From Octopus bimaculoides (lineage: Eukaryota): 64,000 nt of DNA. Made by a program: the position numbers and the translations under genes. The notes beneath the pieces are model-generated. The model saw only the letters and a program-made list of their open reading frames with translations. It ran no database searches and had not been told where the DNA came from. Location: positions 40,306,630 to 40,370,629 of the forward strand of contig NC_068995.1 of assembly GCF_001194135.2 (NCBI RefSeq). The letters run 5' to 3'. Positions 11,501 to 27,122 of this stretch are shown here, piece by piece; positions within the stretch are counted from its first letter, which is position 1; each line of letters begins with the position of its first letter.

Positions 11501-14500
11501 TTATGTGCTGCAAGAGAGTAAACTTCATTTTTTTGCCAGAGCGACTTATAACTGTAACATGAGTATCCCCACAGGCTATGGAGCCATGAGACCATTCCAT
11601 CTTTTGATTTGCTGCGGAGAACTCTACAACTTTATCTTGCTTGTCTTTCAAATAAACTGGACCTTTCAGACCAAAGCTGGTGGAAATAAGAAATAAATTG
11701 TGTTTTATTCATCTCAAGGAAATAGCTGTTTATAAATATATCTATATACATAAATGTGTAATGGTGTATGTGTGTTTGGGGGTTACTCTAACTCCACCCA
11801 CACCGTCCAACTGATTTTAATGATTTTTGGCACATAGGTAGATCACATGTCCCGAAGTTCAAATATAAGGCCAGAATTTTTTGAAAACTCGATAATGCTC
11901 AGTTGGCATCGATTTTTGTGAGCTCAATCGGGCGTTTGAATGGAAATTCCCATAACGAGGTTATTTTTCAAGCAGCTTTTGCATTTTTGTCTGATTTTGA
12001 CTGCCGAACCAGATATAACATCTTAATGGGTAATAGTTGACATGTGGAACGTAGAAGATTTCGATACAAGGTTAGAGGTGGGCTTAACTTCAACATAGAA
12101 AACACATATATATATATAGGGTGCAGTGAATAAACTGTCATCTAAGTTACACAAAAATGAAAATAACACTGCCATCTCATTTTGACAGATATATTTACCA
12201 AAATTACATTAAAATATTTTGAAATACTAAAAGAGTAAATTCATTCAATAAAATTGCCATTGGCTTCAACCATGGCCTCCAGGTGACTTCGGAATCTCAT
12301 GCAACTCTTCTGGATAGTCACTGCTGCCAAAATCCTTGCCTTCGGTTCATCAACTGACACCCCACACATAATAATCAAGGGGGTTGTAGTCTGGGGAGTT
12401 AGGTGGCCAGATGTTAGGGGTGATGTGGCTGCAGAAATTTTCTGATAGCTATGACTGGGTTCTCTTGCTTGAGTGGCATGGTGCGGAGTCCTGTTGCGAG
12501 ACATAGGGTCTTCCAGCAGCCACCCTCTTGACCCAGGGCAGCACTACCCCCTCCAGGCACTCAATGTAGACCACTGTATTGAGTCTGAGACCATGTAGAA
12601 AGATGAATGGAAGCATAACGTCGCCATCAATAGTAATCACTCCAAACACCATAATGTTGACTGGATGTTTGATTTTTATCACTCTTGGTACTTGTTCTGG
12701 GACATGACAAGCCAACAGTTGTTCTGTGTGTTCACCATCTGATCCTGGCAGAAATTTTTCTCATTTTTACCTTAGTTTTACTGAATTGCCTCCCCTGCAC
12801 AGCATCTAGGAACACGGACAAACTTGGTTAGAAACCTGACATAATTGTCAATGTTTATTTTGTTATATAATAGATTCATTCGGATCCCCTTCTACTTTCA
12901 AATATTACTGATTTCAAATTTTGGCACAAGGCCAGCAATTNNNNNNNNNNNNGGGGGGGAATCGATTACATCGACTCCAGTGCTCAACTGATACTTATTT
13001 AGTCAACCCTGAAAAGTAGGCCCCAGCAGAATTTGAACTCAGAATATAAAGACAGGCAAAATGCTTATTTCTTTACTGCCCACAAGGGGGCTAAATATAG
13101 AGGGGACAAACAAGGACAGACAAAATGCTGCTAAGCATTTTACCAAGCATGCTAACGATTCTGCCAGCTCACCACCTTAAGCTTTGAATAAATACTTCTT
13201 CTCTTCTTCTTAATCCTTTTTTTGCCCCTTGTAGAGCATAGGATCTCAACAGTTATTTTCCACTTTTTGTGGTCATTGGAGTGTTTCTTGGCGGCTTCCC
13301 ATGTCAGGCCGGTGGTTCCGTCCAAAATGCTCCTTGACGGGATTTGAACTCAAACCATAAGATGTCAGAATAAATGTCATAATGCTTTTTGTCCATTTGC
13401 TCTAAGCACTATTGATTCTATCAACTTGCTGCTTTGGCATTACAATAATAATAATAATAATAATACTCTTTACTCTTTTATTTGTTTCAGTCATTTGACT
13501 GGCCATGCTCGAGCACCGCCTTTAGTCAAGCAAATCGCCCCCAGGACTTATTCTTTGTAAGCTTAGTACTTATTCTATCGGTCTCTTTTGCCAAACCGCT
13601 AAGTTACGGGGACGTAAACACACCAGCATCGGTTGTCAAGTGATGTTGGGAGGGGGACAAACACAGACACACATATACATATATACGATGGGCTTCTTTC
13701 AGTTTCCATCTACCAAATCCACTCACAAGGCTTTGGTCGGCCCGAGGCTATAGTAGAAGACACTTGCCCAAGGTGCCATGCAGTAGGACCGAACCCGGAA
13801 CCATGTGGTTCGTAAGCAAGCTACTTACCACACAGGCACTCCTACGCCTATGATGATGATGATAATGATAACAATATTAATAATAATAATAATAATAAAT
13901 ACACCACTTCTGAATTAAGTACTCTTCTCTTTATGTCAACATGTTCATCCCTATGTGTGTGTGTGGTGCGAAAATTATAAATAACTCACAGGCAAGGAAG
14001 AGAAAAAGAGTACTAGGTTACACACTCAGAAGAAAATAGAAAGAAAAGTCTTTAATGCACTTCTAGAAAAAAAAAAGTGGAGAAAGAAAAGAGTAAATGT
14101 GTCTCAGTTGTATGGTCACTGCATGGCGAAATGACCGGGAGTAGGAAGAGGTCACTAGAAGCGTGACTGGCAAGGGGAACAACTCTGTAGGATAACTGAA
14201 GCATGGGTAACAAGTGAGACAAGTGTGAACCTAGCATACGTGTGTATGAAGTATGTGCATGGAACTTTAAAATTCTCCCTACACACACATACACATATGC
14301 ATGCACACACACACACACATACATACACAGGCAAGCAGAGTGTTATACACAATCCATGACCATTATCTTAAGACAAATTGTGTGCTGAACATACCGAGGT
14401 ACAAAGACAAGGACACCATTAGATCTGAGCTGAATCACAATAGCTTCAGCAATAACGTCTTCCTTATTTTTGTCTAAAGATTTGTCTTTGAAATATAAAG

Positions 14501-15506
14501 CTTGGAACATTTTCTGTGAATCACGTTGAGCATTCTGTGCTGCCTGAAAAACACAAAATTGTTACAGTTTAATTTAATTTCTGTATATTTTTTTATTATG
14601 GTACAGGGAGAAGAATAAGGGAGTGCAATGCACTCATAACCTTTATAAGGGGTCTCACGACGTTAGTAGGAGAAAAATGGGGACAAAATCCTTTCAATTG
14701 TTGTTAAGACTTGCTCCAAGTTAATCTTGACAATTTTAACTTACAATGAAAAACATTCCACCACTACCATCGTCGTCATCATCATCATCATCATGTTTCT
14801 AGCATTGGCACAAGGCCTAAAATTTGGTACAGGATGTTAACTGATTATAGTGACCCCAGTATATGACAGGTACTTTCCATTAAAGGAAAAGTGGCCCACA
14901 GTGAGATTTGAACTCAGATCGTAAAGAGAGTGAAAACAAATAATGCAATGCATCTTGTCTAATTCTCTTATTCTGCTAAATAACAAATTCTTGTTTTGGT
15001 AACATCAGAGATGCAGGTAGTCTACTTTGGTCACTGGACAATACATACAAATAGGGATCAGGATAATGCTGCAGCTGCAGATGATGATGATGATGGGAGG
15101 TTAATGACGTTAATAATTATGGAGCAAATTGTAAAATTGTAGTGGTGATGAAGATGACAGTGATGATATTGGTAATGATAATTATGATGATAACAGTGGT
15201 GATGTTGACAATGATAAGGATAGTAGTAGTGACGACTGTGATGATGATGATGGTGGTGGTGGTGGTGGTGTTGAAGGAGGATGTATGTCTCATTCTGCTC
15301 CATGTAAATGATAGCAATGATAATGATGAGGATGATGATGATGATGGTGGTGGTTGTGGTGGTGGCAGAGGTGGCAAAGGAGGGCATATGTCTTACTCTG
15401 TGCTTCATGTTAATGTGATCGCAGAACTTCTGCAGTTCTTCATTGCCGGGTAGCTTGTAGTCATCAGGACCTTCCCCAATCGCTGACAAGAGTTGATGAT
15501 GGACCT

Positions 15507-15557
<51 letters not shown>

Positions 15558-17428
15558 AAATATTAAAGCAGTAACCAAAATAATTTACAATAATTCATTT
15601 CAAAGAGACACAAAAGCTGTGAAACTAAGGAATCACGCCAAAATTTTAAACATTGGCCCCTAATCTAAAATTACACATCACTGTCATCGAAGAAAAAAGA
15701 CACATCAGTTAATGTAGTTATGTTGTGTCCATAATATAAGACGATCATGAATAGGGCTGATTTAGAACTAAAAAACAAGGATTTCTTTTCTGTCAGCATA
15801 AGACCAACTTAAGTAGAGGACCTCATGGATTCTTGCGATTTGTAAAAATCATTGATTGAGACTAATTTTTTAACCCTTTTGATATCAACCTACCTGAGAC
15901 CACCCCAGGTTCTATGACATAAATTTATTGTTTTAAAGTCGACTAAATTATAATCTTCCTTCAAAATTTGATGCTAATTTGTTCAAAACCTAAGCTTAAT
16001 AATGAGAAAGTTATTTTACTAAATACTTCATTATTTTAAGAATTAACTGAAACAAAGGCGGCATATTTGACAGTAATATGGTAACAAAAGGTTTAAAGAA
16101 TCACAAATAATAAATCATCAATTAGTATATGATACTGATTTATAAGACAGGGACCAGGTGATAAATTTAGGAGCAAAGAATTGTTATTATATTGACCCCC
16201 CATACATGACTAGTAAAATTTAACCCTTATATTTTCAGATTCCTGTTTTGAAACACCCTATCTCTTTCATTTCATTTCAAAAGTAATGTAAAATACAGTA
16301 AAATAATTTTGTCATTATGAAGTTCATGTTTGGAACATATCACTTGAAAACAGGAAGATTGTACTATAGAACCAGAGACAGTCTTAGGGTAGATTAGTTT
16401 CGAAAGAGTTAAGTATTGGTGCCAGAGATCCTTGTAAATTACAAGAAGTAAAATTAACTGAAGCATCACAAATAATATTTTCCCTAAATTATACGATCAG
16501 TATTTGTTTGTAAGGAAGACCAAACATGATGTTGATAATCTATAATTTGAACTCATAACTAAGACACAGAATAGAACCAGAAGTTCTACAAAGCTTAAAA
16601 TACCTCTTTAGATCTTCTTTTACTGAAATATTAAATGATATAAAAATCTAATTAATAGCAACATGAAATATTGGTTTCAAAATATGGCACAACACCAGCA
16701 AGTTGGAGGAGGGGTAAGTCAATGACATTAACCCCAGTACTCAACTGGTACTTAATTTATTGAACCCGAAAGGATAAAGGCAGAGGTGACCCTGGCAGAA
16801 TTTGAACTCAGAACGTATAAACAGATGAAATGCTGCAAAACATCTTGCCTAGTATGCTAAGAATTCTGTTAGCTCACCACTTTTGCAAAATTAAACATTA
16901 AATGTACAGAATCATATTTAGAGGAAAGAGATTAGATGAACTTACAAGGATATCAGCATATCTGCGAATAGGTGATGTAAAATGTGTGTAGACATCCAGA
17001 GCTAATCCATAGTGAAAGAAATTATCTCGATTTAAAGAGCCAGTTGAAAAATATAGTGACTGGGGCATTGCTAACACTGCCATCATTCGTAAAAGCTGAA
17101 AACAGACAAATAAGAAAACATGAATTAATATGCAAACATCAGGGATAGTTGCTAAGAGGATGAAAATGTATGACAAAGTGGAACACAAGTTAGTCACTCT
17201 TGTAGTCAATCATGTAGAATACAGAGGTGTCTTAACTAATAATTGGCATACATAGGCGCAGGAGTGGCTGTGTGGTAAGTAGCTTGCTTACCAACCACAT
17301 GGTTCCGGGTTCAGTCCCACTGCGTGGTGCCTTGGGCAAGTGTGTTCTACTATAGCCTCGGGCCGACCAAAGCCTTGCGAGTGGATTTGGTAGAAAGAAA
17401 CTGAAAGAAGCCCGTCATACATATGTAC

Positions 17429-17462
<34 letters not shown>

Positions 17463-19545
17463 CTGTGTTTGTCCCCCCACCATCACTTGACAACCGATGC
17501 TGGTGCGTTTACGTCCCCGTAACTTAGCGGTTCGGCAAAAAGAGACCGATAAAATAAGTACTAGGCTTATAAAGAATAAGTCCTGGGGTCGATTTTCTCG
17601 ACTAAAGGCAGTGCTCCAGCATGGCCGCAGTCAAATGACTGAAACAAGTAAAGAGTACTAGTGTCATCGACTGCAAGAATAAAGGATATGCTCCACAAAG
17701 GAGCAACTATAGAGGTATCAATTTGATGGACAAGGTTATGAAAGTAACTGCAAGAGTTATTGCACAACAGATTGAACAAAGAGTAAATTTGTCTTGCAAG
17801 TTACTTGGTAACCCTGCCGGTGCTGGTGCCACATAAAAAGCATCTATTCCACACTGTGAAGTAGTTGACATTTGGAAGGGCATCCAGCTGTAAAAACCAT
17901 GCCAAAACTGACCTCGCCAGTGCTGGTGCCATGTAAAAAGCACTCAGTTCAATCTGAGGGGTGGTTGGTGTTAGGAAGGGTATCCTGCCATATAAACCAT
18001 GTAGTCTGGGGTAGTCTTCTACTTGGCCAGCTCCTGTCAAACTGTCCAACCCATGCCAGCATGGAAGGCGGACACTAACGGTGATGAGGATGCCGTTTAG
18101 GTTTTGTTCCTGCAATGACTTGCACTGATACACTTTTCCTAGTAGGACAATGACAACAGATGTTCTCACTAAAAAGTCAGAACAGTCTGTCTATAATTTG
18201 GTGACCTGAAAAGGTCTATGACAGGGCACTGTATTCAGTAAGGTGGTGGTCAGAAGGGAAAGGAGATGAATGGTTTGTGAGGGTCATGCAAGCCCTGTAC
18301 AGATATTATGAGCAAGGAGAAAGTTAACAATGAATTCAGAAAAGAATATAATATGCAGGTAGGTGTCCAACAGAGATCAAGTTTCAGTATCCTCTGGTTT
18401 ATTATAATTCTCTAGGCTATAACAGATGAGTTGAAGACCTGCTAAAACGAGGCTGAAGATGATGAGTTGGGGATAAAATCTAATGTTTGTTAAAAATGAA
18501 GCAGTTATGGACATGATGCAGTCATCATCATCATCATCATCCTCATCGTTTAACGTCCGCTTCCCATGCTAGCATGGGTTGGACGATTTGACTGAGGACT
18601 GGTGAAACCGGATGGCAACACCAGGCTCCAATCTGATTTGGTAGAGTTTCTACAGCTGGATGCCCTTCCTAACGCCAACCACTCAAAGAGTGTAGTGGGT
18701 GCTTTTATGTGTCACCCGCACGAAGGCCAGTCAGGCGGTACTGGCAACATGGATAAAAACATGCCATGTGTCATCTTTGTTATCAAGCAACAATCAGATT
18801 TCTCATGAAGCACGAAAACTCAATCTTCAGAGAGATCAGGCTTAAATTTTGAGAATTTATTTCCCTTTTGTTTGAGAGTCACAATTGCCGTTGGGCTTTC
18901 ATTTTCTTTCACCAACAAAAACACAAATTTCAATACGTTTAGAATTGTTTGAATTATTCAGTACACCATCACCTGCTGAATTATCTAAATTTATGACATT
19001 GGCCCACTTGAGTTGCTTCCCTTGGCTAACATTTTTGTAATATAACAGTAAATAGGTCAGCATGTGTGGGTGGGTGTGTGTATGTGCGTCTGCTGGTGTA
19101 CATATCTTTATTGTTTATCTTTTACTTGTTTCAGCCATTGGAGTGTGGCCAAGCTGGGGCACCACTTTGGAAGGTTTTGGTCAAAGAAATCAATTCCAGT
19201 AAGGTACTGGTGCTTATTTTATTGTTCTCTTTTGCCAAACCACTAAGTTAAACAAATCAACACCAGCTTGCAAGTGGTAGGAAGAGGGAGGGCGGGCAAA
19301 AAACACAAACACACACATACGTATATGTGTCTATAGCACAGACTTTCACACACTTTGTTTACCAATTTCACTTACAAGGCATTGGTTGGCCCAGGGCCAC
19401 TTGCTCAAGGTGTTGTGCAGTGGGACTGAAACTGAAACTACATGGTTGCAAATCAAGCTTCTAAACCACACAACCATGATTGTGTATATGTATGAATGGT
19501 ATGTATATGTGTGTATGTGTGAATGTATGTATATCTGTATGTATG

Positions 19546-19576
<31 letters not shown>

Positions 19577-22500
19577 GTACTGATACGTGTATACCTGATG
19601 GTCTTTTACTCATTTTAAATACAAAAGATAAAAAGAAAAAAAGAAGGAAAAGAAAACTAGTTTCACCTTGTTGAAGTAGATGTCATTAGGATCAACACAC
19701 CTGTCGAGAGAGTCACCCAGAGATTTATTGGAAGTGGTATCAATGGTAAAGTTTTTCACCTTAGCAAAATCAATAATGTCTTGAAAGAATTCCTGACGTG
19801 GTAAAGGATGGTGCCGTAACTGAAAAACATCCAGACAGAAAAAAGATAATTAATGTAATCACAATAAACGATATATTTTTGTTTATATTAGTTCTAATTA
19901 AAATGATGACACAATTTAATCAGTTTAAAATTCCTTTCTTCAATAGCCAAGGTAGACTTAACCTGTCATCTGGTTCAACACCATTCCTTCTTCGAGAGAG
20001 GCTTTTAGTAAAGACCACACTAATGGAAGTATTTGGACTGAGTCTGTGACTTAATCATCACTTCCTCCCTTTATCTTGACAGTGTTAGAAACCTTGAAAA
20101 AAGGGTCACTGATGCACCCCTTTTACTTATAAGTCATAACAAAAAGGTTTTTTCTCTTTTCATATTTATAGTAATGTGTGTGTTGGCACTCTGTTGCTTA
20201 CGACGTCGAGGGTTCCAGTTGATCCAATCAACGGAACAGCCTGCTCGTGAAATTAACATGCAAGTGGCTGAGCACTCCACAGACACGTGTACCCTTAACG
20301 TAGTTCTCGGGGATATTCAGCATGAAACAGAGTGTGACAAGGTTGGCCCTTTGAATTACAAGTACAACAGAAACAGGAAGAAAGAGTGAGAGAAAGTTGT
20401 GGTGAAAGAGTATTGCAGGGTTCGCCACCATCCCCTGCCGGAGCCTCGTGGAGCTTTAGGTGTTTTCGCTCAATAAACACTCACAACGCCCGGTCTGGGA
20501 ATCGAAACCGCGATCCTATGACCGCGAGTTCGCTGCCCTAACCACTGGGCCATTGTGCCTCCACTTTTATAGTAATATACACATAAAAAAAAGGACTATG
20601 TTACTAATGGCTGTTGTTGTTGTTGTTCAGCCTCTCCCATTTCCCTTAGTTAACTCAGACAGAGTATATATGTGATCAGCGGTGTTCCAGATGTGACCAT
20701 CAATTGTCATTCTGTTGTTTTTCAGCCGATATGTATCTAGGATTACATTACCAAATGTGTCATTTCTTTGTTGTCATGGTAGGGTGTGATATGAGAGGGA
20801 TTTATCTGCTGCTATTTCTAGCACATAAACAGGTCAGTGGTTAACAGCCTGTCATAAATACTGGAATGTGTTTCGGAATAACATTTATTAGCCCAGTTCA
20901 ACTAGCTGTAAATAGGCCGCTTACTGCTAAATACAGCAGAAACTCTGACAATTGACAGGGTTTTGAAACACCACTGTGGCCCTTAATGATATTTCCCAAC
21001 AAAATTTAAGGTGGATGTTGTGTAGTAGGATTTCCCAGCAACAGCAAACCATAGCCTGGTTTTCCAAAACACTTTCCATTCCTTCCAAGTGAGAACACTT
21101 AACAATAATGTGGGTTATTCGGCTTCTAATTTCATATTTTTTTTTACTTGCTTCAGTCATTTGACTGCGGCCATGCTGGAGCACCGCCTTTAGTCGACTA
21201 AATTGACCCCAGGACTTATTCTTTGTAAGCCTAGTACTTATTCTATCGGTCTCTCTTGCCGAACCACTAAGTTACGGGGGACATAAACACACCAGCATCA
21301 GTTGTCAAGCGATGTTGGGGGGATAAACACAAACATACACATGCACATACAAATATATATATATATACATACGTACGACGGGCTTCTTTCAGTTTCCCTC
21401 AACCAAAACCACTCATAAGGCTTTGGTCGGCCCGAGGCTATAGTAGAAGACACTTGTCCAAGGTGCTACGCAGTGGGAATGAACCCAGAACCATGTGGTT
21501 GGTAAGCAAGCTACAAATATTAGTTTCAAATTTTGACACAAAGTCAGCAATTTCAGGGGTTGGGATTGGTTGATTATATATATCGATCCAGTGTATGACT
21601 GGTACTTATTTTATTGACCCTGAAAGGATGAAAGCTAAAGTCAACCTCAGCAGAATTTGAACACAGGACGTTAATGTTAAGGCCACTGAGCATTTTGCCT
21701 GGCATGCTAACAATTCTGGCAGCTCCCTGCTTTACAAAGTTACAAATATTAGAGGTCGTTATCTTTTCTCTTCCACTGTACAAGATTACTCACTGAGAAT
21801 TAAATTAAGATCATACTTACCAATGCATGGTTAATAAATGTTGAAGATATCTTCCAAGCTACCCATTCATTGGCTAAAATCATGCACTCGGCTACTGTAT
21901 CATGGACTTCTAAATGCTGAAAGTATGATGAAGTAAAAAAAAAAAAATAATAATAATAATAATAATAATAATAAACAAAAATTTTGGTTATTTTGGGATT
22001 GGAAGCTTTTTTTTTTATTATCCAAATTCATAAGTTTGAATTAGTTTCTGAGTCTGATGGCTTATTGTTTTTAAGCTGAACTATTTTGGTGCCAAATTTC
22101 ATGAGACAGTCCTTACATCATTCCCTCATAACCCCACTCGACTTCTTTATCAAAGTTAGAAGAATTATTTCAGATAAAATCTTGCCAGAGACTGTCTTTC
22201 AAAGAAACAAAGAACATTCCTCAACTGCACCAGACAAGAGTTTGGAGCAGTCCTCTGGCTTGCTAGTTCCTGTCAAGCCGTCCAACCCATGTCAGCATGG
22301 AAAATGGACATTAGATGATGATGATGATGATGATGGTNNNNNNNNNNNNNNNNNNNNNNNNNNNNNNNNNNNNNNNNNNNNNNNNNNNNNNNNNNNNNNN
22401 NNNNNNNNNNNNNNNNNNNNNNNNNNNNNNNNNNNNNNNNNNNNNNNNNNNNNNNNNNNNNNNNNNNNNNNNNNNNNNNNNNNNNNNNNNNNNNNNNNNN

Positions 22501-25217
22501 NNNNNNNNNNNNNNNNNNNNNNNNNNNNNNNNNNNNNNNNNNNNNNNNNNNNNNNNNNNNNNNNNNNNNNNNNNNNNNNNNNNNNNNNNNTCAACCACTG
22601 TAGAGGTCGAATATATTCTTAAGTCCACCATTTCGTCAATCGCAGCAGCTTCCAAGCTTCACCACTAATTCAGTTCTCAACTAAATTGCAAACCGTTAAC
22701 AGTTTTAAAGGGGACACTTCCTCAGCTACACTTTGGCATAAATAGTTCGAGATTTGGTTCAGTAGAAAAAAAGTTACATCAAAATATCTGTGACCTCAAG
22801 TGGGGGCAGTAAAGCAGATATTCATCTTCAATTAACATAAGTCTTTTTAATTTTAAATTAAAAGTATACGTTTCTTAGGCTTAAATGATAGAAAAATGTA
22901 TGAGGAATGCAAAGTCGTTAGTCGCATTGAACAAAAATTAGTAGAAGAAAAATTATGGAGTGAAATACCACGAAATTTCGTGTAAGAGAGTAAGGAAGTA
23001 ACGCTTCAGCTATAAGAATAATAAAGAATATATTGCTAAAATGAATGTTTACGCTCTAAGACGGCGAGCTGGCAGAAATGTTAGCATGCCGGGTGAAATG
23101 CTTAACGATATATTGTCTCTCTTTATGTTTGGAGTTCAAGTTTCGCTGAGGTTGACTTTGACGTATAATTTAAAAGATGAGAACTGTAAAGAGTAATAAA
23201 TTAGAAGAACTGGTGTTCTTTGCTGCAATATTTTAAGTAAAAAAGTTTCTTATTCTTTACTTTACTTGAAGTAATTGTTTGTCCTATACTTTTACAGGTG
23301 TAATAACTTGTCCTGTACTTTTCCAGGTTCATAATCTTAAGAATATTACTTTACATGCTCGCATTTTTCCATGTAATAAGTATTGTTTATCTTCAGCTAT
23401 ATTATCTAATGCATCTTCCTTTTTAAGGGGATAGAATATGGTTTCAGGATTTAGCTGCTATTTTCAGCAGTTAAGTAATCACATAGAGGTTTATTCATCA
23501 GTTTACTGGTTTGTTAGTTGTTGATGTTTAGCCCAAGGTCACCACTGATTGAATAAAGACGTTCCAATTGTGACCATCCCCAACTTTTGGAAATTCATGA
23601 TTACACTGCCCGTATCATTTCTGGGGTGTTTTTAAAGACATGCTTGAAGGAGATTTGGCAGTTTCTAGAATCACAACTATATACATAAAAGGCAACTCTT
23701 CTACTACCAAAAACAATCACATAAAAAATCAAGTTGTCCTCACTGGGATTTGAACTCAAAAAGCAAAGATCCAAAATAAATAACAAAGTATTTTTTCTGA
23801 TGTTCTAACAATTCTATGTTAGCCGTAACAACCACAAACACAAAATTATTGGAAAAAAAAGTGATTCCTTTAAGGTTTATCTGTTATCTTTCTATACCTT
23901 GTCAATGATTAACTCAGAAATGTTTTTCTCTTCATCAACAACTGGCCGAACTTCGAGGCCATCGAGATCTAGAGCACCCTTTTCTTTCCTCTTGGCTTTC
24001 AGTTTGAACGCTATTTCCATAAGTAAGAGGATGGCAATACGAAGTTCTTCAACTCTGTAATGATAATGATAAAAGAAACTGAGTTAGGTCACAGTCATTT
24101 GAAATTGGGGCATTGTTTTACAGCAGGATGCTCTTCCTGTCATTAACCCTAACTGTTTCCCAAGTGCAGGATCTTTCTTTCACACATCTTCAAGCACTCA
24201 ATGTCTAGAGATGATCAGGTGATGACAGGAGAAATGACAACATTACTACTTGTAGCTCATAATTTTCAGAGAAGTGTAAATGTAATTAGCCAGGTAGATA
24301 CACACACACACACACACATATTTTTTTATTCCTTTACTTGTTTCAGTCATTTGACTGCAGCCATGCTGGAGCACTGCCTTTAGTCGAACAAATCAACCCC
24401 AGCCAAGTATTTATTCTATCAGTTGCTTTTGCTAAACCACTAAGTTATAGGGACATAAACATACAAATATCGGTTGTCAAACAATGGTGGTAGGGACAAA
24501 GACAGACACACAAACACACACACACACACATTGGATGAAGAACTGTTTTGGTGGGGATCCAAACAGAAGAAACCCGAAGAAGAGAAAGATATACAAGGAA
24601 GACATTGTTAAGTTTGAAGTGAGCATGTTGAATTTTATTTAGATGCTAAATGTCAGTAACATGTAGGAAAACATTGTTTTGGAACCGACATGTCCAGCCA
24701 ACAGCAGCATGGAAGCAGGGACATGGATGGATGTGTAAATGGATGAGTGGAAGAGCAGACAAACAGAGAGATAGATAGATAAATAGGCTGATAGATAGAC
24801 TGATAGATAGATAGACAGACTGAGTGATAGGTAGATAGGTAGACGGATAAAACAATACCTTTGGTGTTTGTCTGTTCCTAATGTTTCCAGTTCTGTAATC
24901 TTTGCGGAGGCCTCTTCTACAGTAGCTCCATCAGCTAAGGCTTGGGCTGTCTGTCAAATTACAACCACAGTTTAATGCACCATACTATATTGATTTTGAA
25001 TATTTAAACATATAAACATGTAAACACAAATGGTCATGTCTAGTTCTCGAGACAATGATTAAGATACGTTATTTACAATTGACGGATATTTGTCCTCATC
25101 TTTGTTGTTAACACATCGTTTCGGCTGATATACCCTCCACCCTTCATCAGGTGTCTTGGGAAATTTCAAACCTCGGTTCTCATTCCTAAGATATTATTCG
25201 ATTTTATTATTATTAAA

Positions 25218-25257
<40 letters not shown>

Positions 25258-26879
25258 TCACTGCCTAGAATTGAACTTGGAGTCTTGGGGTTAGTAGCCT
25301 GCGCTCTTAACCATTAAGCCATATGCCTGTGGGCATATCCGTCAAATGTAAATAATGTGAATAATGTACATAATTCCTTATCTCTTAAATATAGAACTGA
25401 ATGATTTAGATCAGGGGTTTTCAAACTGTGGTCCATGGACCACAGGGGGTCTGCAAGGACAAGACAGGGGGTCCGTGGACAGCAAATACATTTTATGGGC
25501 AATTTGATTTTATACATGTTTTTTAATCAAAATCTTTTAATTGACAATAAACCTATTTTGTTAAATATTGTTAAATAAATAAATGTAAAAATATATGTTA
25601 TTTTAAACAAATATTTATGTATAAATTTCATAAGCGTTTATAAGGGGGCCCCTAAGGTAACGCCTGAAATATAAAGGGGTCCACAAGTCAAAAAGTTTGA
25701 AAACCCGTGATTTAGATGATGACATATATACAACTGAATAAATAGTATGGTTTCTCTCTTTCTTTCTTCCCACCTCTTCCGATCTTTGCAACATTTCAAC
25801 CACACTTCTCCTTTCTTTCATTTATTCATCATCATCATCATCATCATCGTTTAACATCCGCTTTCCATGCTAGCATAGGTTGGACGATTTGACTGAGGAC
25901 TGGTGAAACCGGATGGCAACACCAGGCTCCAATCTAATTTATTGGTTTTTAAAAAATTATTTTTCAAATTCCTTTCACACATCCAGCAGAAACAAGCGAA
26001 GAAATGAGAATAAAAGCATCAAAGTCTTACCTCGTATGTTAATTTATATGAAGAATTTATCAGAGTACGGCCATACCAGACATCAAGGACATTGAAGCTG
26101 GCATCCATCTCCCACATAACACTCACAGAACATCTGCAAAGACACATTAATGAATGATTCTGCTTCAAATCAAAATCCTTTGCCATATTACAAAACAGAC
26201 GCATTTCCTGCATCCAAGCCAGTTGTCTGTGGCAATTCAGACATTAGAAGAATTTGATGAGACCAGGACATAAATCATTGCTGCTACCACAGTTATAAGG
26301 TCAATTCTCTGTCAATCAAGACAATAAACATTCAGTTGTTTGACCAACTGAATTCCAATTTGTTAAGTAGCTATAAGTGGCATTTGTTAAGTAATTTGTT
26401 AAGTAGTTATAAGAGCATTCCACAGACATGTGTAGACTTAACGCAGTTCTTAGGTTGAACCAGTGTAATACAATATGACAGGGCTGGACGTTTGAATTAC
26501 TGGTACAATCCAGAGGTATGAAGAAAATAAAGAATTGACCACAAAATTAGATTGATACTTCATTTATCAGCAATTAAGCACAGGTGTGGCTGTGTGGTAA
26601 GAAGCTTGCTTCCAACTACATGGTTCCAGGTTCAGTCCCACTGTGTAGCAGCTTAGGCAAGTGTCCTCTATTATAACCTTGAGCCGACCAAAGCCTTGTG
26701 AGTGGATTTAGTAGATGGAAACACAAAAAAGCCCGTCGTATATATAATAATCCGTGTTGCTTTTTCTGATTTTTATCATCATCATCATCATCATCATCGT
26801 TTAACGTCCGCTTTCCATGCTAGCATGGGTTGGACGATTTGACTGAGGACTGGTGAAACCGGATGGCAACTGAAACCGG

Positions 26880-26919
<40 letters not shown>

Positions 26920-27083
26920 TTAAGGAATGGAGTAAACACATGTTATAACTGCATACTTTATTCCGACATATATTTTGAAGAATTACAATTTATGCGATCC
27001 ATAGGAATCGTCGATGTTAAAAATGTAAACTTCTCCTCAGGGAATGTATGGGAATCATCTTAAACGTAAGACATTATGACCGA

Positions 27084-27122
<39 letters not shown>

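Noticed and set aside
15058-15489. His/Thr/Ser/Asp-rich ORFs
   Set aside because: Read-through from a real DIS3L exon into intronic trinucleotide repeats
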